Part shown: positions 60,509-64,000 of the stretch, piece by piece
How the letters are laid out: the number at the start of each line of letters is the position of its first letter
Numbering within the stretch: position 1 is the stretch's first letter
NCBI GenBank assembly: GCA_902492325.1
Contig: CABULC010000002.1
Span: 262,411-326,410, forward strand
Origin: an uncultured Clostridium sp.
GTDB lineage: Bacteria > Bacillota_I > Bacilli_A > RF39 > UBA660
Direction of reading: 5' to 3'
DNA length: 64,000 nt
Translations under genes and position numbers: made by a program
The notes under the pieces: generated by a model
What the model was told of the DNA's origin: nothing
What the model saw: the letters and a program-made list of their open reading frames with translations, nothing else
The model's database searches: none

Positions 60509-60973
60509 ATGATATTATCAATAATAGATAAATATGTACAGTTATGTGTTGACAGATTAAGATTAGAACAAATTCTTAAAAAGACAGAAGAAAGACATGA
60601 TGAATCTCTTTCGAATGAAATAAGCGCAGAACTATATAGATTAAATCAATCAATAAACTTTATACATGAATGTATTATGAAAAGACTTAGTACATCAACA
60701 CCAGGATCACTTTCAGACATAAATAAGTGCTTAGAACGTAAATCTACAAAAGTGAGAAAAGATATAACTGTTTCAGAAGCAACAATAAAAATGATGAAAG
60801 ACAATGCTAAAGTTGCTATTGCAAACAGCGATAAAACTGCTGCTAAAAGATATAAAGAATTATTAGAAGAAAGTGAAGCCAAAAGAAAAGAACAATTAGA
60901 AGAACTTAATTGTTATGATTGCGTAGCGAGTATTTGTAGTAAAGTACAATATTTATCATTAAGGACTAAATAA
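60509..60973 (+). CDS. Hypothetical 154-aa helical protein immediately upstream of retron locus
   Basis: ORF with GGGGGAT RBS. Confidence 0.45.
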   Translation: MILSIIDKYVQLCVDRLRLEQILKKTEERHDESLSNEISAELYRLNQSINFIHECIMKRLSTSTPGSLSDINKCLERKSTKVRKDITVSEATIKMMKDNAKVAIANSDKTAAKRYKELLEESEAKRKEQLEELNCYDCVASICSKVQYLSLRTK

Positions 60974-61019
60974 AAAATTTATATAATTAGAAAAATTAGT
61001 GTTCGAAATGGACATAAAA

Positions 61020-61049
61020 AAAGACACATAGTTGTTACCTATGTTACAA
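61020..61049 (+). promoter_or_regulatory. Candidate extended -10 promoter (TGtTACAAT) for retron transcript
   Basis: tatgttacaat at 61039-61049. Confidence 0.3.
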
Positions 61050-61083
61050 TGTAAGTGCGAACAAACATTGGAGGTAATATACT

Positions 61084-61266
61084 ATGCGTCTTTTAAATTA
61101 TAACAAAAAAACAAAGAGATATAAACATATAACTTTAGCAGAAAGAACAATGATAGAAACATTGTTTAAAAAGAAGTACTTAACTTATAAGGTGGACCTT
61201 ATTATTTCCATTTATAAATTAGAAATACTTTCTGTTTTATTATGGTGTTTAAATAATAAAATATGA
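61084..61266 (+). CDS. 60-aa ORF with IS30-transposase-N-terminus-like HTH (KHITLAERTMIETL)
   Basis: GGAGG RBS 9 nt upstream; HTH_38-like pattern. Confidence 0.35.
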   Translation: MRLLNYNKKTKRYKHITLAERTMIETLFKKKYLTYKVDLIISIYKLEILSVLLWCLNNKI

Positions 61267-61466
61267 TATAATAATTTTGAGCAATAGTGTTTGGAGTTAA
61301 TCCTACTTTAGCGAGTCGTTAAAGAATCAAAATTAGATGAAATATTAAATGGTAATATTACGAGGGACTTTCCTACACGAGGTGTAGCCGCTTCATTGCA
61401 TTCCGCTTTAAGTCCATCTTCATATTACAATATCATTAAGTATTGCTCTTCCAGGAGGTAATAAAT
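61267..61466 (+). ncRNA. Candidate retron msr/msd non-coding RNA
   Basis: Directly upstream of retron RT on same strand. Ec86-like cttTAGCGAG element at ~61302-61313 (putative branching-G context). Long imperfect hairpin 61352-61370 / 61410-61428 with internal ctacac-gag-gtgtag hairpin. a1/a2 not confidently located. Confidence 0.4.
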
Positions 61467-62417
61467 ATGTGGAAATATATTGATAAAGAAAAATCAAAAG
61501 AATTTTTATTATCTCTTGGATTATTAAATGATAACATAAGTGATAAAGATAAAATAATTAAATTGTATTCTATAAGTAACAACGTAGAAAAGAACTATAA
61601 AATATTTAAAATAAAGAAAAGAAATGGTAAATATAGAACTATATACGAACCTAATTATACTTTAAAAGAAATACAAAAAAATATTCTAAATAATATATTA
61701 AATAATAAAAAAATATCTGTTTATGCCAAAGCATATCATAAAGGTATAGGACTAATTGATAATGCAAAAGAACATGTTAATAAAAAGTTAATACTTAAAT
61801 TAGATATAAAAGATTTCTTTGAAAATATTAGTTTTATTGATGTATATAATAGTTGCTTTGAAATAGAATATTTTCCTAAAGAAATAGGTATTCTTTTAAC
61901 TCATTTATGTACTTATAAAGAGCATCTTCCACAAGGAGCTCCAACTTCATCATATATTTCAAATCTTGTACTAAAAGAATTTGATGAATATATCGGAGAA
62001 ATTTGTAAAGAAGAAAATATATCATACACTAGATATTCTGATGATATGACATTTAGTGGAGACTTTAATCCATCAAAGATTATAACTATTGTTAAGAAAG
62101 AGTTAAGAAAATATAACTTAGAGCTTAACAACGAAAAGATACATGTAATTAGAAATCATAAATGTCAAAAAGTAACAGGATTAGTTGTAAATAATAAAGT
62201 ACAAACACCAATAAACTATAGAAAAAATATTAGAAAAGAAATATTTTATATAAAAAAATATGGACTAGATTCACACCTAGAACATAATAATATTAAGAAT
62301 AGTAATAAATATTTAAATGAACTTTACGGAAGAATATTATTTGTATTACAGATAAACAACACAAATGAGTTTAAAGAATATAAAGAATTTATTTCAAAAT
62401 TAAAATCACATAATTAA
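61467..62417 (+). CDS. ret: Retron-type reverse transcriptase (Ec86/Eco1-like)
   Basis: RTIYEPNYTLKEIQKNIL, LDIKDFFENI, LPQGAPTSSYISNLVL, YTRYSDDMTFSG (YxDD), retron hallmark KVTGLVVNNKV; 317 aa with no maturase, endonuclease or HNH domains; GGAGG RBS before ATG 61467. Confidence 0.9.
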   Translation: MWKYIDKEKSKEFLLSLGLLNDNISDKDKIIKLYSISNNVEKNYKIFKIKKRNGKYRTIYEPNYTLKEIQKNILNNILNNKKISVYAKAYHKGIGLIDNAKEHVNKKLILKLDIKDFFENISFIDVYNSCFEIEYFPKEIGILLTHLCTYKEHLPQGAPTSSYISNLVLKEFDEYIGEICKEENISYTRYSDDMTFSGDFNPSKIITIVKKELRKYNLELNNEKIHVIRNHKCQKVTGLVVNNKVQTPINYRKNIRKEIFYIKKYGLDSHLEHNNIKNSNKYLNELYGRILFVLQINNTNEFKEYKEFISKLKSHN

Positions 62418-62436
62418 ATGTGATTTCTTTTTTTAA
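62403..62436. terminator. Bidirectional terminator spanning the overlapping convergent stop codons of RT and the 183-aa gene
   Basis: Perfect 9-bp inverted repeat aaatcacat/atgtgattt, 6-nt loop aattaa (contains both stops), ctttttttt downstream. Confidence 0.6.
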
Positions 62437-62965
62437 GTTTAAGTGATCCACTAAAAGTTCCTTTAAATGGTTTACCATCAAGTTCACCATCTAAATAGAA
62501 TGATCCTTCATATGTTTCAGCAAAAGGTTCATTATCTAACTTAGAAGATGATATTTCTTCTTCACATACGTGACTAAAGTAATTTGATACTTTATTAAGA
62601 TAATCATTATTATTAAAATAACTTTCGGCGTTTTCTTTACTTATTTTTCTTACTCCTAAAGCTGAAGAGTATTTTGCGCAAAGTTTTTTACCTGTAACTA
62701 CTTCATGAGCAACAAGATCACTTGTTCCAGCAGCAATTAAATATGTAGGAACTTTTTCTATAGAATACATTCTTTTAGTTTCTTTATTATGTGCTTTAAG
62801 TTCTTTTTCAGGAATAGGTTCAAAAATTCTAGTGGAATATAAAATATCAATTCTTTCATCTTCTCTTTTTGAAAGAACAGGGAATACTCTATCAAATATA
62901 TCTTTTAGAGATTCACCATTATAATATATTGCATCTTCTACAACTGGTATTAAATAGTATTTCAT
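62414..62965 (-). CDS. Hypothetical 183-aa protein convergent with retron RT
   Basis: ORF with GAGGTGA RBS. Confidence 0.5.
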   Translation of the reverse strand: MKYYLIPVVEDAIYYNGESLKDIFDRVFPVLSKREDERIDILYSTRIFEPIPEKELKAHNKETKRMYSIEKVPTYLIAAGTSDLVAHEVVTGKKLCAKYSSALGVRKISKENAESYFNNNDYLNKVSNYFSHVCEEEISSSKLDNEPFAETYEGSFYLDGELDGKPFKGTFSGSLKLKKRNHI

Positions 62966-63054
62966 AATTCACCTCATTTGTTGTATGATAGCATTTTATC
63001 ATTTAAAAGTAAATCGAAATGTGTTATAATTTAGTGAAATAAAGGAGTGATGAT

Positions 63055-63762
63055 ATGAAATTTGAAGTATCAAAAGATTTTTTTGATAAGGTAGAGGATG
63101 CAGTTTTTGGAGTTGTTGTAGTTAAAAACTTTGATAACAAGGTTTCATACGACTACATCAACAAAATGTTTGATGAAAGTTTAAAATCCTCAAAAGAAAA
63201 ATTCTTAAACGTAAAGATTAAGGAAGAAGCATGGATTTTACCATATAGAGAGGCATTTAGAAGCCTAAATATAAATCCAAATAAATATATGAGTTCTATA
63301 GAAGCATTAATGACAAGAATATCTAAAGGTAATGATATTCCACATATTAACCCAATGGTTGATTTAGGAAATGCATTATCTTTAAAGTATGAGTTACCAA
63401 TCGGTGTTCATGACATTGATAATTTTATAGATGGAGATATTCAAATAAGAGAAAGCAATGGTAATGATAATTTTATTCCTTTCGGAAGTACAGAAGTTGA
63501 GCATCCAGAAGTAGGGGAAATCATCTACGCATCAGGAAATGAAGTTAAAACTAGAAGATGGACATGGAGGCAAGGAGAAAGAAGTAAAGTAACTGAAGAG
63601 TCAAAAGATTTCTTTATTCCAATCGATGGCTTCACATCTAATAAAGATAAAATTGTTGAACTACAAGATGAATTAGTTAAATACTTGAAAGACGATTTAA
63701 AACTAGAAGTATATAGTGGAATCGTAGATAAAGACAATAGAATATTTGAAATAGAGGAGTAA
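63055..63762 (+). CDS. B3/B4 tRNA-binding domain protein
   Basis: PMVDLGNALSLKYELPIGVHDID. Confidence 0.65.
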   Translation: MKFEVSKDFFDKVEDAVFGVVVVKNFDNKVSYDYINKMFDESLKSSKEKFLNVKIKEEAWILPYREAFRSLNINPNKYMSSIEALMTRISKGNDIPHINPMVDLGNALSLKYELPIGVHDIDNFIDGDIQIRESNGNDNFIPFGSTEVEHPEVGEIIYASGNEVKTRRWTWRQGERSKVTEESKDFFIPIDGFTSNKDKIVELQDELVKYLKDDLKLEVYSGIVDKDNRIFEIEE

Positions 63763-63867
63763 AACCTCTATTTTTTTAATAAAAATTTAATTTTATAGTT
63801 GACAGGCAGAAATTCTTCTAGTATAATGAATTATGCAATTCAAGAAAGCGAATACTTTCTAAAATAT

Positions 63868-63941
63868 GCAGGTGTAGTTTAATGGTAGAACTTCAGCCTT
63901 CCAAGCTGCTAACGTGGGTCCGATTCCCATCACCTGCTCCA
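63868..63941 (+). tRNA. trnG: tRNA-Gly (anticodon TCC)
   Basis: gcaggtgtagtttaatggtagaacttcagccTTCCaagctg...ggtccgattcccatcacctgctcca, near-identical to Bacillus tRNA-Gly(UCC). Confidence 0.9.
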
Positions 63942-64000
63942 GAAGCAAAAATCGTCGCACCAAAGCGATGTTAATGATTAAATCAATCAGAAATGATTGA

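Noticed and set aside
61084-61266. Possibility that the 60-aa ORF marks an IS30 transposase or IS element
   Set aside because: Only ~30 aa resemble the IS30 N-terminal HTH. There is no DDE domain, no inverted repeats and no target duplication. I kept it as a low-confidence small HTH ORF instead.
61467-62417. RT as group II intron, DGR or Abi-type reverse transcriptase
   Set aside because: At 317 aa it is too short for a group II intron maturase, and there is no intron domain V/VI-like RNA after it. It has QGxxxS and VTG motifs of retron type rather than the DGR IGxxxSQ. No template/variable repeat pair is visible nearby.

Overview
This is a 64 kb, very AT-rich chromosomal window from a low-GC, spore-forming Firmicute, probably a Clostridia or Peptostreptococcaceae-like organism. 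Spore-formation is supported by cotJB/cotJC, CotF-like coat genes and a SleB/CwlJ-type hydrolase. Genes are tightly packed on both strands and are mostly housekeeping:
- Cell wall: murE, a membrane-anchored murF, ddl, murI, ponA and a stand-alone mraZ paralog.
- Segregation and translation factors: parA/parB-DUF951-ychF, tsaE, an RluA-family pseudouridine synthase and queH.
- Metabolism and transport: pyrG, xfp phosphoketolase, feoAB, a ZIP transporter, mscL, a Ca2+/cation antiporter, an EamA transporter and two ABC-2 transporter loci.
- Other enzymes: a sirtuin, Hsp20 and a thermonuclease.
- tRNAs: tRNA-Trp, tRNA-Asn and tRNA-Gly.

The two most unusual loci are:
1. A retron at 61.0-62.4 kb. 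Its reverse transcriptase aligns motif-by-motif with Retron-Eco1/Ec86 RT, including the retron-specific VTG and YxDD motifs. It is preceded by a structured non-coding region that contains an Ec86-like TTAGCGAG element and a long imperfect hairpin, and by a small HTH ORF. No recognisable effector gene is adjacent.
2. An uncharacterised, translationally coupled four-gene operon on the minus strand (286-4080). It encodes a 561-aa coiled-coil/TPR-like protein with a membrane hairpin, a 59-aa K/E/N-rich ORF that the ORF track missed, a 145-aa helical protein, and a 495-aa classic-clade AAA ATPase with a degenerate N-terminal AAA-like domain. I cannot assign it to any described secretion, sporulation or defense system.

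Secondary points of interest:
- A MurF whose N-terminal UDP-binding domain is replaced by a 5-TM domain, co-operonic with an unusual Ddl.
- A stand-alone Spo0A C-terminal-domain-like protein behind a perfect consensus promoter and a structured leader.
- A membrane-anchored protein with two tandem RelE/ParE-like domains.
- An orphan Clp D1-like AAA protein next to tRNA-Asn.
- An acyltransferase / acyl-AMP ligase / FAD oxidoreductase / HExxH operon.
- Three hypothetical proteins sharing an HE[LF][IM]H[SL] motif.

No CRISPR array, IS element or prophage block is evident.
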